A stretch of 64,000 bases of DNA from Felis catus (GCF_018350175.1 NC_058368.1:67148001-67212000), one strand, 5' to 3'. Shown: positions 26,048 through 40,509, numbered from the stretch's first letter. Program-made: numbers and translations. The notes: generated from the letters alone by a model not told the origin.

Positions 26048-26499
26048 AAAATTATGACAAAAAATATATGCCTATTAAGATTTAAAAAATACCATGGAGA
26101 GTTTGAAGGCAACTTTTAGTTCTTTTTGAGGGACGGAAAGGGATTGTGACTGGGACAGGATACGGGGACAGGTGGGAAAGAAAAGCTGGCAAAATCTTAT
26201 TCTGGAGCTTAGGTGGTAGTTGCAAGGAGGCTAACCTTATAATTCTCTAAGCAATGCCTTTATTTTGTGTAATATTCCGTGCCTCTTTTATGACATAAGC
26301 TTAAAAAACTGATGTTAAATGAGAGGTACAATGGATAACTTAACAGTGTATGTTACATATAATCATATATTGACCATTTCCTAGAAATACTTGTGAAAAT
26401 CACATAAGGAATGTTTACAGTGACCTATTAAGAAAAGCAGGTTTTGCTACCTTCCCTTTAAAAAAAAAAAGAAAGAAAAAAGAAACAGCAACACTATTC

Positions 26500-26889
26500 A
26501 TATAAGGCTGCTGTGGCTGCATAACAAAACACCACGGACAAGATGGCTTACACAACAGAAATTTACTTTCTCACACAGCTCTGGAGGCTACACGTCCAAG
26601 ATCAAGGTGCTGGCAGAGTTAATTTCCTCCGAAGCCTCTCTCACTGGCTTGCAGATGGCCTCCTTTGTATCCTCACATGGCCTTTCCTCTGTGTACAGGC
26701 ACCATCTACGTGTGTCCAAATTTTCTCTTCTTCTAAGGACACCAGTCAGATTGGATTAGGACCCACCCTACTGTCTTCATTTTAATCACCTCTTTAAAAG
26801 CCCCTTCTCTAAATACCATCACTTTCTGAGGTACTAGGCACTGGGGTTCCAACATGAGTTCTGGGGGCACACAATTCAGCCCATAACAC
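26500..26889 (-). mobile_element. MLT1A/B-type MaLR solo LTR
   Basis: Reverse strand starts TGTTATGGGCTGAATTGTG; typical GGACACCAGTCAGATTGGATTAGG and ACAACAGAAATTTA.TTTCTCACA motifs. Confidence 0.85.
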
Positions 26890-29800
26890 AATTGTTCACA
26901 CATCAGCCTTACCAAAAAAAAAAAAAAAAAAAAAAGAAACATCCAGGTCAAGAACAGAACAGGGGCAAGACTGGCCATGAGCTGAAAACTGCAGACACTC
27001 ATAGATGGTACTCAGGGGTTCATTACACTGTTCCATCTACTGTAAAATATGCTGGTTATTCTCCATCATAAAAAAGAGGGAGAGAGGGAAACGAGAGGAA
27101 AATCCCATCTGTGTGGGTCCTAGATGTTGGGTATTTTCTCTATAAAAGTGAGTCATCCAACTATTAAATCAATGTCATTTGTAGTTAGGAACCAAATTAG
27201 TATTGTTTTTCTCTAATCATCAGTAAATATACTTTTTAAATAGTTTAATTAATCTAGTGATCTAAGAAAAAGCACTAGAAGAGCACTGGGTGATGTAATG
27301 GGTTAGGCATCCAACTCCTGATTTCAGCTCAGGCCATCATCTCACGGTTCATGAGTCTGAGCCCCACATAAGGCTCTGCACTGTCAGTGCTTGGGATTCT
27401 CTCCCCCCACCCCTCCCCAGCTAGCGCATGCTGGCGCACTTTCTCACTCAGAAAATAAGTAAAATTAAAATATTAAAAGAAAAAGTACTAGAGGGGCACC
27501 TGAGTGGCTTAGTGGGTTGAGGGTCCGACTCTTGATTTTGGCTCAAGTCATGATCCCAGGGTCACGGGATTGAGCCCCGAGTCGGGCTCCCTGCTGACCA
27601 CGGAGCCTGCTTAAGATTTTCTCTCTCTCTTCTTCTGCCCCTCTCCTCCATGCTCTCAAACAAATTTAAGGCATGGAAAAGAAAGGAAAGAAAAAGCACT
27701 AGAGGGGCACCTGGGTGGCTCAGTCGGTTAAGTGTCCGACTCTTGACCTTGGCTCGTGTCGTGATCTCACGGTCAGGGAGTTTGAGCCCCACATCGGGCT
27801 CTGCACTGACAGCACGGTGCCTGCTTGGAATTCTCTCTCCTGCTCCCTCTGCCCCTACCTACCCACTCGTGCGCTCTCTCTCAAAGTAAATAAGCTTTTA
27901 AAAAGCTTACCTATAAACTTTTATAAAACAAAGGGAAAGAAAGAAAAAGCCCTAGAAAAGGAGCAGCGGAAGCACAGATGGGCATCTGCTGAGCAATGAA
28001 CCACACCCACAGCACAGCCCACCTAATCCACCCCCTGGCCCATTTGGGAGTCTCTCCCCCTCTCCCCTTATTCCCTGCTCAGGGTCTGACTCTATTTCCT
28101 AGCCTCCTCTTACAGTTAGGTGCAACCACGTGGCACCGGAGAGGAGGGAATGCGTGCCACTCACATGCAGGGCTCAGGCCTTAAAACTGTACACACCTCT
28201 CCACACTCCCCCTCTTCCCACCCACCCAAACCTGGAGGACGTAGCAACCCAGCTTCAACCGACAGGAGCCCGGCCTATGTCCACGCAGGTGCATCGCGTG
28301 GGATCTGTTAAGACTCGAATTCTGATTCGCTCAATCTGGGGCCTGGCCTGAGACTCTGCATTTCCAAGCACCAGGTGCTGGCAATGGGCCTGGCTTGCGG
28401 ACCACAGTTGCAGGAGTGAGGGTCCTAGGCAGAGCCCCCCGCAGGAGAGGCTCTCCTTTCTGATGCCTCAGAGACGGTGATCAAATCATGAGCAGTGGCA
28501 GACACAGCATAAAAGCCCCAACCGAGAAAACAGCCAGCTGGCCTGCCTCTCTTGACCTGTGACAAAGTTAAACTCAGACCTATGATTAACTCCAGTCTTA
28601 AAGCACAGCTCGCAAATGAATGCCAAGACAACTGTAGACAGATTACATTAGTGTGTGCAATGTGATACGGGCTGGCCGGCTTCTATCAACAACAGTATCT
28701 GCCACCCTGAGTCAGAGGACGGGGCTGTCAACAGTGAGATTGGCAAAGACGGTCACTGCCACCGCACGGAAACCGTGGCAGCTGGCCTAGGAGGAGAGAG
28801 CACAAAGGTCACATGGGGGCCCTGGGTTCACAGTCCCTCCACCAGCCACGCTGTTCTTGAGAAAGAAACCCCCACGGAGACTGTTTACTCCCCGAGGCCA
28901 CAGCGATGATCAACAAATGGTTTGCCTATAAAACCTCGGCAAATATTTGTATCACCTTAGCCCTTGGAATACCACTGTTTGTCCTGGATTTGCAGGAAGC
29001 AGATGAGAACTTGGTAGTAACCCCCAACGATACTTTGAGATGCTCTGTATGCAGTGGGACTGTCTTGGGTTGAAGTTCAAGCTCACTTAACTTTGGGCCA
29101 CCTGAGTGGCCCCGTCGGTTCAGCATCCAACTCTTGATTTTGGCTCAGCTCATGATCTCGGTCGTGAGATCGAGCCCCGCAACAGGCTCTGTGCTGTCAG
29201 CTTGGGATTCTCTCTCTCCGTCTCTGCCCCTCCCCTCCTCACGCGTGCTCTTTCTCCCTCTCTCAAAATATTTAACAAAAACTTTAGGTTGTTTTTCTAT
29301 TTTTTTTAAATGTTTGTTCATTCATTTGTTTATTATCCATCCTTTTCTTTTTACAGGACAGACAGCGGGCCAACGCGTGGTGTGGCTTCGCACGAACCTG
29401 CAGGAGGGGAACAGGACTCTGTCTGCCCTCCATCGCCATTAGCCAAAATCCTGGAAAACATGCCCCAAAGCCAAGAAGCTCCCAACCACCCAAGAGTTCC
29501 AAGCAAGCTCTGCCCACTAAGAAAAAGCCATTCGAATCTGAACTGCTGAGAAATCTAAATTACTGACCGCACTCAAAGAGCACAGGCTGGTTAACGTCAA
29601 GGACACACCTGAGGGAGCTTCCTTGGGGGAGATGCTCTTAGGGTTCAGCTGAGAAGAACGTTAGCAGGGGGCACATCGGGTGTTTGTGGTGAAATACACT
29701 CACAAGGTTTTCCACGTTCGTGTGCCTCAGACAAACGTTTCACAGGCAGCGCCCGGCCCAGCCTCTCTTGAAATTCCACAAATTCCATAAGCAAACATGA

Positions 29801-32800
29801 GCTCCAAGAGCAATCCCCTCTGCTCGGAGTTGACAAGAAGCCCCACCAGGCCACAGGTTGTTTCTACTTTTTTCACTTCCTCCCAAGTGCCTGGTATAGC
29901 GAACAGCACATGCTAGACAAATCTACACACCTTCCACTTAACCCAGAAATAACACACATACACCCAATGTGTGAACTCATTGATTTTCTGCTTTCAAAAA
30001 AAGAAAGGCAGATATTTAGCCCAAAAACTTCAGGAAGAAGTATCTACTGCCATCAGTTTTCTCTAATTCAAAAGTCATTTAGATTTGGAAATCTCCCCAA
30101 AAACTTCCCAACATTTTTTTTTTTCCTGAAGTCTCCAAACAGCATGTGGTGTTATGGTCCTTAAACATTTTCTTTTCCTGGTGACTCTTTCAGCCTTCAC
30201 GGATCCCGGGCCTAATTTCAGGGGCAGCTCCAGCTTGCCCAGCCTCGCGGAAGCTCTGTCAGCTTGGCTCGGGTGTGAAGTCCTGAATGGCATCCCTCGT
30301 TATTGCTTCCTTTTGTGCCTGTCCCCTCCCTTGGGGTCATGACTCTTCAGGCCCACCTATCAGGCAAAGTCATGCCTTCAATTCCCTGAAGAAGTAGATC
30401 AGTAAAAATACAAAAAGTTAAAATTAAAGGCAAAACATCCAGAGGTAGTATTTGGTGCGTGTCCTTCTGTTCTACTGAGTGAACGGGGGCCTAGAACTTG
30501 GTTTAGCACCACAGACCCTCTTGCTCTCTCCAGGCTTTTTCCAGCTGATGCCAGGATTTTATTAACGTGTCTGCTTGGGCTATTATTTCTGCCCAAGCTC
30601 CCTTCTCCTCTGGCCTGGCCATCAGATTTCTCTCTAGACCATCACACAGCAAAACGAGTTTTATTATTTAAGGCCCCAGTGGAACACTGATGGAGACGTC
30701 AGCCCCTTGCCTGGGTTGCCGTACAGTCCAAAATTATTTTTTGGCAAACGGTACGAAGTGTGGAGGGAAAGGGCAGGTGGTTACACAGCTAAGATTTTAC
30801 TTCAAGTAAACACAATAACAAATTAACATAGTAGAGCCTAGTTTTTCCTTTAATTTTTATAATGTCCCCACCCTAGATTTAGGAGAAAAGGCAAAGGTTA
30901 ATAAACACATATAATTTCATATTTCTGGTAATTATCCACAAGGTAATAACAGATTGCTTAAAGTCCACAAACAAAACATACAAGGCTCTCGCAGCCCCAA
31001 GGCAGAAGTGAAGGTGTGATCAAAAAGTCTCCCGGTGCTTGCTTGCTCGGGCTGGCCCTGAACTTGAAACCGCTCTTCCACACCAAATCAGTCCTCCAGG
31101 ACTATCCCCTTCCATCTCTCTTCTAGGCATCAGTTTAGAGCTCTCGGCAGTGATTCCAGACCTGGAATACGGAATGCGTTGGCCACTTCTGACAAGCAAA
31201 AACAATTGGACCAGAAAAAAGAAGACCGGTGTGTACCATATTTTATACACAACATGGAGAACAGCTGTCCAAAAACGATAACACCAAGTTAAAATGTAAG
31301 AACCTCTCTGCCTGTTATTCAGAGTTAAGGGGGGAAAAGCTAATTATAAATCATACACTTTTCTATTTAGGCAATACTATGTCAATGGGACAGCTTTTAG
31401 GAAAATTCCAGCTAAACTAGTTCATTCTTTGAAACATTAGGTCAACTACAAACATACCAACCCTCAGCTTGAATAGCTGCGTATTCAGAAAGAACAAAAA
31501 TATCCCTTGAAAAGCCTCTGTACACGGTCTGTTAAAGGGCTTACTCCGTAGGAAGCAGAAGAGGGAAAACTCCATAGGGAATCTCAGGACATGCTAAAAC
31601 AGCTTTCTTAATAATCTTAGGATCTCCTCCCATTCGCTTTGAAATACGTTTCCTATAACCACAAAAATTCAGTGGTGGGAAAAAAAAAAGGCAACTGAAA
31701 ACAACACAAGCGGGTTTAGTCAGTAAGTGAAGGGAATACCACACGGAGATACTTTACACACGGCCTGTCACCCCTGGTTCCCATCCGTCCTCTGTCCCCC
31801 ATCCTAAATCAACCCCAGCCATCTGAATGCCGTTCCCAGGCAAATCCGAGTCCCTCTAGCAAGCCCCTCTGCTCCTCATCCCTCCATGAAGGTCACCGGC
31901 ACTTCATCAGGAGGAAGGGGACTCAGAGGGAAGACAGACCGCTCCTCCCACATACGCCCTGCAAGAGTGGAGAACAACAGTGAGCACCCAACTGTGTAAC
32001 CCAGGAGCAGAGGAGATGCACCTCCTTTCTCCCTCCAAAGAGGCCAGAGCCAAATGACATCTTCCTCCCTCATCCCTGCAGAAGCAGCCCTCCAACGCTC
32101 TCAAAGCACAGCATGTGTGCGACAACTTTATTAATTAAAAAGGCGGGGGGGGGGGGGGGGAGCGCCTGGGTGGCTCAACAGGTTAAGCGTCTGACTTCAG
32201 CTCAGGTCACAATCTCATGGTTAGTGGGTTCAAGCCCCATGTCGGGCTCTGTGCTGACAGCTCAGAGCCTGGAGCCTGCTTCGGATTCTGTGTTTCCCTC
32301 TCTCTCTCTGCCCCTCCCTTGCTTGCGCTCTCTCAAAAATGAATAAACATTAAAAACAATTTTTTTTAATTAAAATTTTTAAAAATTAAAAAAAAAATGC
32401 AACCCACAACTCACTTTTTTTTTTAAACCAGGAATCTCAACAACAGGACTGTAAGAAACAGGAATTTTAACATTCACTAATTTAAATGAAGTCTTAAGTG
32501 CTTGTCCACCACGGGACAAGCACTTTTCTAGATTCTAGACCACAGATAGCATCTTCTACAGAGCTCACACTCAGGAAGGGAAGCAGGGGAAAACCAAACT
32601 AAGGGAGGTTCAGAACAATGACCATGATCAGACAGAAAATAAAGCAAAGAGATGTATGTGGCTGAGGACGGGATGGCTAGGCTGGCTAGGGAGAGGAGGC
32701 CGGGCTCTCAGAGGCCAGGCGTGGACCAAGACCCCAAGGACGAGAGCAGGGTCAGCGTGTTCCAAGCAAAAAGAACAGCAAGTAGGAAGCCCTAAGGTCT

Positions 32801-34799
32801 AAGGCATTTACAGAAAAAGGGCGAAACACTAAGCATTTGCTTCTAATTGAGCAGAGGTCAGAAAAGATTGTCCTCTAGTGTCCTGGAGAAGGGAGTGAAT
32901 GAGGGAATCTGGGAGTGGTGGCTGGGCTTCAGGACCCCTCCTGTCCACCCACAGAGTTACTAGTAAGCAGTATGTTCCACCGATGAATACAGAAACTGGC
33001 TCGGACTGGATCTGGCCAAGAGCACACACAGTTAATTGGCCATGGTGAAGTACAAACGCACCACTTCTCAGCCTCCATCAGCTCCGCAGACCCCAAGTGT
33101 AGGGCCCCTCAGGCATCAGCCCACCCAAAAGTTCTGGAACCAGGTGATCAGCCAAGCCAGCCATGACAGTGAAGGTCTGTGTCACCTTGAGGGACTTTCC
33201 TGGTTCCCAGACAGCTCAGCACAGACCCCTGGTCGCGGCCTCCTGTCCAGCTTGCTCTGTCTCACACTGCGAAGCTAAGTGCTTGACTACAACGGCTGGA
33301 CTCACATACACCCTGGGAGACCCCTTTGGGTATTGTCCCTCCAGCCCGCACGAACTGGACCACCCATGAGACGTTCCTGTCAACGCTCCTGCAGCCTGGT
33401 CTGTGAAGGGCCGCCTCCAGGACCACACGCTCTCCCTGTAACTTTCACAGCCGTCATTCTTCCGCATAAAGCACAGGTCACAGGTCCAAGGGTACCCGCT
33501 TAGGTGGGGGTGATCATAGGTTTTGATTAGCGATTACTCCTCGTAAAAGTTTAGCAAATATTGGCATCACCCTTGACCACATTTGCTGCCCAAGTTCCAT
33601 GGCGGGGTGAGGGGCATATTTTATGGAATATGAACTTCAGCTCAGTTAAAGCGATATTATTTATCACCCGATCTAAGACCCTCTGAAGAGTAAAAGGAAG
33701 TGCTGTTAACAATGACAGTGTGATAAAGGATGTAAACCAGGGCTGTCCTGGGCAAACCAAGAGTTAGAACCACATGGTACAGGTGAAAAGAAAAATTAAC
33801 AACAACAGAGACTGGTGACAGCTCTAGGACATCAGGCAATCAAAAAATGTTATTATTAATCTGATTTCCTACCCAATCAAAGTAGGGTTTCTTTTCCTTT
33901 TGTGGCCAGGGCGGGGGTAGGAGAAAGGCTGGCACACCAAACCATGCACATCCTTAAAGAACAAAGATGCCAGAATAACACATAGGATGGTGGCCTATTA
34001 GGAGACCCGGATAACAAAGAACACAAACCCTTTTCTCTACAATCGGACCCAAGGCTGATAAAATCCATCAGGAGCCAGGGGCCACATCTGAAGTCAAGGC
34101 AGGGCGTGAATATCCACACGGGATCACTAAGCCCAGGAAAGAAGTCATTGTCTGTAATGCAATATGCTTCTGGAGGTGCGCTTCTTTTAGGGATTTAAGG
34201 ACAGGAAGGAGAATTTCTGCACAAACTAAAACACCATGTAGTTTTACAAGCACCACCTGTCCCCAGAAGGCGTTCCTGCACCACACCAGCTCCTGATGCT
34301 AACCCACGCCTGAATGTAACTCTCCCTCTTCTGCCTTCCAAGGACCTCTGCATGTGACTTCTGCCGCTGAAGCTGGCCACACAGCCCCGTCCGCTCCATT
34401 TACTAAGTCGCGTTACTCTGGGCGCAAAATTCAACCTCTGCGCCTGTTTCCTCGGCTGGAGGCAAACGTTATCACAGTTGAGGTAGCTCTGCAGGAACTG
34501 ACACAGTAAGATGGAAAACTGCTCAAAGTCCTGGAGTGATCAGAAGGGCTGTGCCCACGATGGGGGGGGGGGGGGGACATCAGAGAGGGAAGGGAACTGA
34601 GAGAACATGGAGGGGAACGGGGCAAAGCCCACCCAATACTCCTCCACCTCCAAAAATCCCCAAACCCCACTGCCGATGGATTTCCGTGGAAACCAGTAAA
34701 CGGGGCTGAGCATGCGAGGGGGCAGAGGAAGCAGAGATGGTTCCAGAGAGCATGAGACGGGCAGGAACACGGGGCGGGAGGAGGAAGGGAGCACAGAAC

Positions 34800-35430
34800 G
34801 GGCAGGAAGCGTGGCATGGGACCCCCAGCCGCCACCAGCTCCCCAGGAGCCACGGGGAGGAGCTGCGGCCACGCGGCCGCCCGCCCGGGGGCGAGGGTCC
34901 TGGAAGAACGTGCCGGCTTCCCTGGTCTTTACAGTGTCCACCCGGCTTGGCGCGGGCGGCCCCTCAGCACACAGGGCGCCGCGCTCACGTCCACCTCTCG
35001 CCTGAAATTCTTGCCAGGAATTTGCTGTGAGAGAGGAAACCGCGTAATGGCTTTGAACCAGACCTTCTGTCTGCGTGACCCAGGGCTAGCTCATGTTGGC
35101 CTGCCTCCGGTTCACCTCAAATTTTCCAGTCCGAGTTTCATCTGACCGAGGCGAGCCCCGCCCCCTCACGCACCACCTTCCCCGCGGCCTGACGTTTAGT
35201 AGCCAAGCTGCTGCGCTGCTCGCTCTGCTCTGCTTTGCCCTGGGGGGGGGGGACGCGGCTTCCGAGAAGCCAAAGGCGATTCATTCCCTCTTCAAAAGCG
35301 CGTGTGAGTCGGCTGCTCTGTGGGATTCCTTCCTGCTGCACCTCATCCTTCCTGGAAGCTTCTCAGAGCCGGTGCCTCCCCCTTACAGGAAAGGAATCCC
35401 GCCCTCGCGAGGAACCGTGCAGATGAGGCA
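34800..35430. promoter_or_regulatory. Intronic GC/CpG-rich segment (possible enhancer or alternative promoter)
   Basis: Local CpG clustering (GCGGCCGC, GGCGCGGGCGGC, GGGCGCCGCGC, CCCCGCCCC) in non-repeat sequence. Confidence 0.45.
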
Positions 35431-35509
35431 GCCGCAAAGAATTTCCCTGCAAGACTTCAATTCACTTTCTGAGCGGCTCCTAGCAGAGATGACCAACATC
35501 CACTCAAGG

Positions 35510-35563
<54 letters not shown>

Positions 35564-37804
35564 AGGAGGGAGAGGATCCTAATGTGGCTTACTCAGAGGG
35601 ACTAATTTTCTCTTCAAGATACTGGTTTCAAGGAAAACCGTAAAATGCATCATATTCAAAAGGGGGAGAGGCAAGAGGCTTCCGGGTTTGCCAGCGAACC
35701 GGGCCATCTGTTACCCAATATTAACACTGGATACATGAAGGACTTGCATGGGGCTTTCCCAGAAGCAAAACCATTTGGTTAAATTTGCATGTAGACGTAA
35801 GAGAGAAAGTTCAGAGCACAAGTCTGAGTTATCTCACCGCCTTAAAGAACCTAACTTACACTAGACGGCCCTTCACCGGATGCACAAACCTGGTTCTGGG
35901 GCACTAACAGCAACAGTAGTGAGTGATCTAACGTCAAGAGCAGGAATGGTCCTTGGAACGCCCGCCTGTCCAGGGACAGAACTCCTTCTCCTCCTGAGTA
36001 AGGTACTCTGAAGGGCTGAAGGGGATGGCCACCAAGTCTGAAAAGTTTCGGGGATTTTTACCTGAATTCGAATCAAAATTTGGGAGTCAGCAGGTCTGTA
36101 ATAAGCAGGTCAAGTAGAAGGTTAAGGCTGCGGGGTCAGAATCCTTAGTGACTCAGTGTAATAACGCACAAATGACCACAAAACAAAACAGCTCTGATCA
36201 ATGACAACCAGGGGCACTAACTCCAACCAAGATCTCCGTGGGGCATGTGGGGTGCCTCGGTCGGCTTGGGCTCCCCAACAAAATACCACAGCCAGGGTGA
36301 CTTAAACAACAAAAATGTAGTCTCTCACAGCTCTGCAGGGTTGGAGTCCAAGATCAGGGTGTTGGCACCATTAACAGAAAGGCAGGTGCCAGAAGCTAGG
36401 ACTTGAGCAGTTTCAACCACTTTGCTCTGCTGTGAAACTGCTTTCTAGAAGACTTCTGGTGGATGTAGTTACCACCACCTTATAATTTTCTTTCTTTTTT
36501 TAATGTTTTTATTTTTTTGAGAGAGAGAGAGAGAGAGAATGCATAAGCAGGAGAGAGGCAGAGAGAGGGAGACACAGAATCCAAAGCAGTCTCCAGGCTC
36601 TGAACTGTCAGCACAGAGTCTGATGTGGGGCTCGAACTCAAGAACAGCGAGATCACGACCTGAGCCAAAGTCAGACACTGAACAGACTGAGCCCCCCAGG
36701 TGCCCCTCACCTGATAATTTTCAAAGTGCTTCCACAGCTAGTTGCCCAGTTCTGGGTATAAATTATATTCTCCTTTGTGGCTTTTTAATAGATCTTAATC
36801 TCTGCGGAGCAGTTGCAAACAGGTCACTTCTCCATGCAGCGGAGATGGACATTACACACGACACCACTTCCACAACACCTCCCTGCTGACTTGCCCTGCC
36901 AGACTACAAGTGGGGATGAAAAATAAGTGTAGAGAATTCTATTCGTTTATTATATTTAAAACATAACTTCGAGAACATACCGAGATTAAGTTTAATTTTC
37001 CCAATTTGTAGAAGAGAATACTGAAGCCTGAAATGATTATGTGTCTTGCCAAAGGTCACACAACTAATAAGTACATGATCACGGACTAGCACCCAGGTCC
37101 TCTGGCTCTAGTCTGATGCTCTCTCCTGGGAAACCGAATAACGGAAAATTCACTTAAAATGGGAGTCGGGGCTGGGGGGGAGGGGGTGTGGGGGGGGGGG
37201 GAACCTGGGTGGCTCAGCTCAGTCTGTTAAGCATCTGACTCTTGGTTTCAGCTCAGGTCATGATCTCACGTTTTGGAAGCTCAAGCCCAGCATTGGGCTT
37301 TGCGCTGATAGTACAGAACCTGCTTCAGATTCATTCATTCCCTCTCTCCCTCTCTCTGCCCCCCTGCCACAACTGCCTCCCCCTACTCCTGCTGTCTCTT
37401 TCCCTCTCTCTCAAAATAAACTTTAAAATTAACTAATTAAAAATAAAAATACATTTATCTGTTTTACAGGTGAACAAATAGCATATAATGAACACTCAGA
37501 GTTCTCATAAATACCACATTTGGTTCTGTGACACTGAGAAGAAGGCCCAGCCTAAAATTTTAGGCCATCAATAAATCTCCCTTCTACAAATTCTTACATT
37601 AAGGACAGACAGAAACGCACACGGGCCACTTGGTGAAGAATGGCTTCAATAGAAGACTTTAAAAGAGGTGGTCAATTGGGCTTATCATACAATCTCAGTC
37701 ACCTTCTGACCAATAGAATGTACCAATAAACATCTGCAAATAAAATTCATTAGGTGAGTAGTTTTAAAAAAAATTTTTTTTTTTAAAAAGAGCAAGCGGT
37801 GGAG

Positions 37805-37848
<44 letters not shown>

Positions 37849-39344
37849 CACAGAATCTGAAGCAGGCTCCAGGCTCTAAGCTCTCAGCACAGAGCCCAAC
37901 ACAGGGCTGGAACTCAGGAGCCGTCAGATCATGACCTGACCTGAAGTTGGACACTCAACTGAGCCACCCAGGCGCCTAAGTGGGCAGTTTTATATTCACA
38001 GGCTTTTAATTGACAAATGTGGGATAGCCAGTCAATTACCCTCCTAAACTCAATCCAGGCATCCTTGTCTGACCAGGAGGAAAAAATAAACACAGCAACG
38101 TGGAGGCGGAAGCTCGTGCTCTGGAAACAGTCAGACCTGACTCAATTCCAAGCTCCCGGATGTCCTGTCTGGGCAAAAGGAGGACACGGCCAGCTTCAAC
38201 AAGGAGTTAGATAAAGATCTAAGAACTGAGTATCTCTAAGACTTCCATATACCAAGCCCCCTTCCTGCCCAATCCCTTGCTGAGTCCACGTGGGGTTGAA
38301 AATACACCCTATGGTACCAGTTCTCGTGCTCTGAGAGGAACCTGCAGCAAAGGATCTCATGCTTTGAGGATGAGAGCAGTTCAGGACCCTTGACCAGAAA
38401 AATGGAAATATGCACAGAAAGGTGACTGATCTTTGGGAAACTGTTAATCAGTCAGTGGTCCTTGAAACTGGGACTTTGGGAAACTGTTAATCAGTGTCCA
38501 TCAGAAACTCACAGGGAATATTTTTGAAATACTGATGCCTGGGTTCCACCCCCAGAGATAATTCAAGTTTACCTACAGAGGGCCCAGGCAATTCATTTTT
38601 TGTGAGGGTTGAGATACTGCTATGTATTAACTAGTAAGAACTTAAGACACAAGAGAACTAGCAAGCTTAATAGAAATAATACACATCAACAATCTTTTGA
38701 AGGAGGCATCTGTAAGTACATGTAAGCAAGACCTCACAAGAGCCAGCTTAAGAGGAAATCATGCATGGGACACCTGGGTAGCTCAGTGGGTTGAGCATCC
38801 GACTCTGATTTTGGCTCAGGTCATCATCCCAGGGTTGTGGGATTGAGCCCCTCATCGGGCTCCGTGCTGAGTATGGAGCCTGTTTAAGATTGTCTCTGTC
38901 CCTCTCCTTGCTCACACGCTTTCTAAAAACTTTTTTTATTAAAATAATTTTTTTTTAACAAAATGGGAAATCATGCCAACCTAATGTCAATTCCTTTTTT
39001 GTAGGATTTCATAATGACTACCCAGTAGATACAATACCTCTGGACTCCCATAAGACAGATAACATGACCTCCCCCAACAACTGTGGCCAACTTAATCTAC
39101 TCCCCAGTGTTCATCAGTGGATCAGCCACAACCCACAGGACTGTTCCAAGACTTGCCCTTTCTGGCATTTAGACTACAAAAGTTTTCAAAGAACTTCCAA
39201 CTGACAACAATGAGATGCTAAAACTCTGACGTCAACAAAATAAACTTAAACAGAGACACAACAGAGGTTTGCGTGTGGATAAGTCCCAGGGACTCTGACG
39301 TCAGTTGACCGTGTGTCCAATATATCCCAACTGCACACACTGCT

Positions 39345-40490
39345 CATGATACCGAAATTTCACCTCCAGCCCAGACTTCTTCCTTTGAGCCCCGACTCAT
39401 GACCAATTGCCTACTCAACCTCTCTACTTAAGTGTGCAGCAGGCATCTCAAACTTAACATAATCAAAACCAAACTCCTGCTCTTCTCCAACAGGTCCTCC
39501 TGCAGCCTTCAGCAGCTCATTTCATGACGACTCCATCCTTCCAGGTGCTCAGGCTGAACCCAGAGGCAACGCTGCCTGTCTCTTCCTCTCAAGTTCCACA
39601 GCCTAATATCCAAGATGCCCAGCTCTACCTTCGAATAAGCTCTTCCCTGAATCCAACTCCACACCACCGCCACTCCCACCATCCTCCTGGTCAAAGCCAC
39701 TTTCACCTCTTGCCTGAACCACCATGGAATCTCCTGCCGGTCTCCCTGCTTCTGCCCATGGCGCTCTTCAGTCTATTCTCAATACAGCAGCCAGAATAAT
39801 CTTACTAAATCCTGAGCAGACCATGTCGTGTCTCTTCTCAAAACTCTCCAGCGGTCCCCACTTCACTCCAAGGAAAGCCAAAGACCTCCAATGGCCAACA
39901 GAGCCCTCCAGACCTTCTCTCTTGCACTGGGTACTCCCCCAGAATGTGCAGGACTTCTCTGTGAAGCTGTCCCTTGCCACCCTGGCTAAACCTGCCACCT
40001 CTCTTTCCCATACACATACTCCTGACCCCTTTCCCTGCCTCATTTTTTCTTCTTAGCACCTATAACCTACTATGTTTTACCTATTTATCTTGTTTATTAT
40101 TTGTTCTCTCACTAGAATTTAAGTCAAGTGAAGGCAGGGACTGTTACCTATCTCGTTCACTGTTATATACTGAAAATTTGGACCAGGGACAGGCAAACAT
40201 TTTCTATAAAGAACTAGATCATAATTATGGCTAGAAACAGATAGAATAGGAATAAAGAAATAGATATTTTAGGCTTTGCAGGTCATACAGTCTCTGTTGC
40301 AACTACTTGACTCCACTGTTGTAGTCCACAGACAATATACAAATGAATGAGCATAGGCTCATTCCAATAAAACTTTATTTACAAAAACAGACAGTAGGCT
40401 GGATGTGACCTACAGGTCACAGTTTGCCAACCCCTAGTCTGGAACATTACCTAGAGTGTAGTAAGCACTCAAAAATATTTGTTAAATTGT
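39345..40490 (+). mobile_element. L2a-like 3' region interrupted by MER58A
   Basis: CTCCAGCCCAGAC…TGCCTACTCAAC…GGCATCTCAAACTTAACAT…CAGCAGCCAGAATAATCTT; tail GTAAGCACTCAAAAATATTTGTT. Confidence 0.85.
40184..40437 (+). mobile_element. MER58A-like hAT MITE
   Basis: TIRs CAGGGACAGGCAAAC…GTTTGCCAACCCCTAG; internal ATTTTAGGCTTTGCAGG and TTCCAATAAAACTTTATTTACAAAAACAG. Confidence 0.85.
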
Positions 40491-40509
40491 CAAAGTGTTA
40501 AAATACTAC

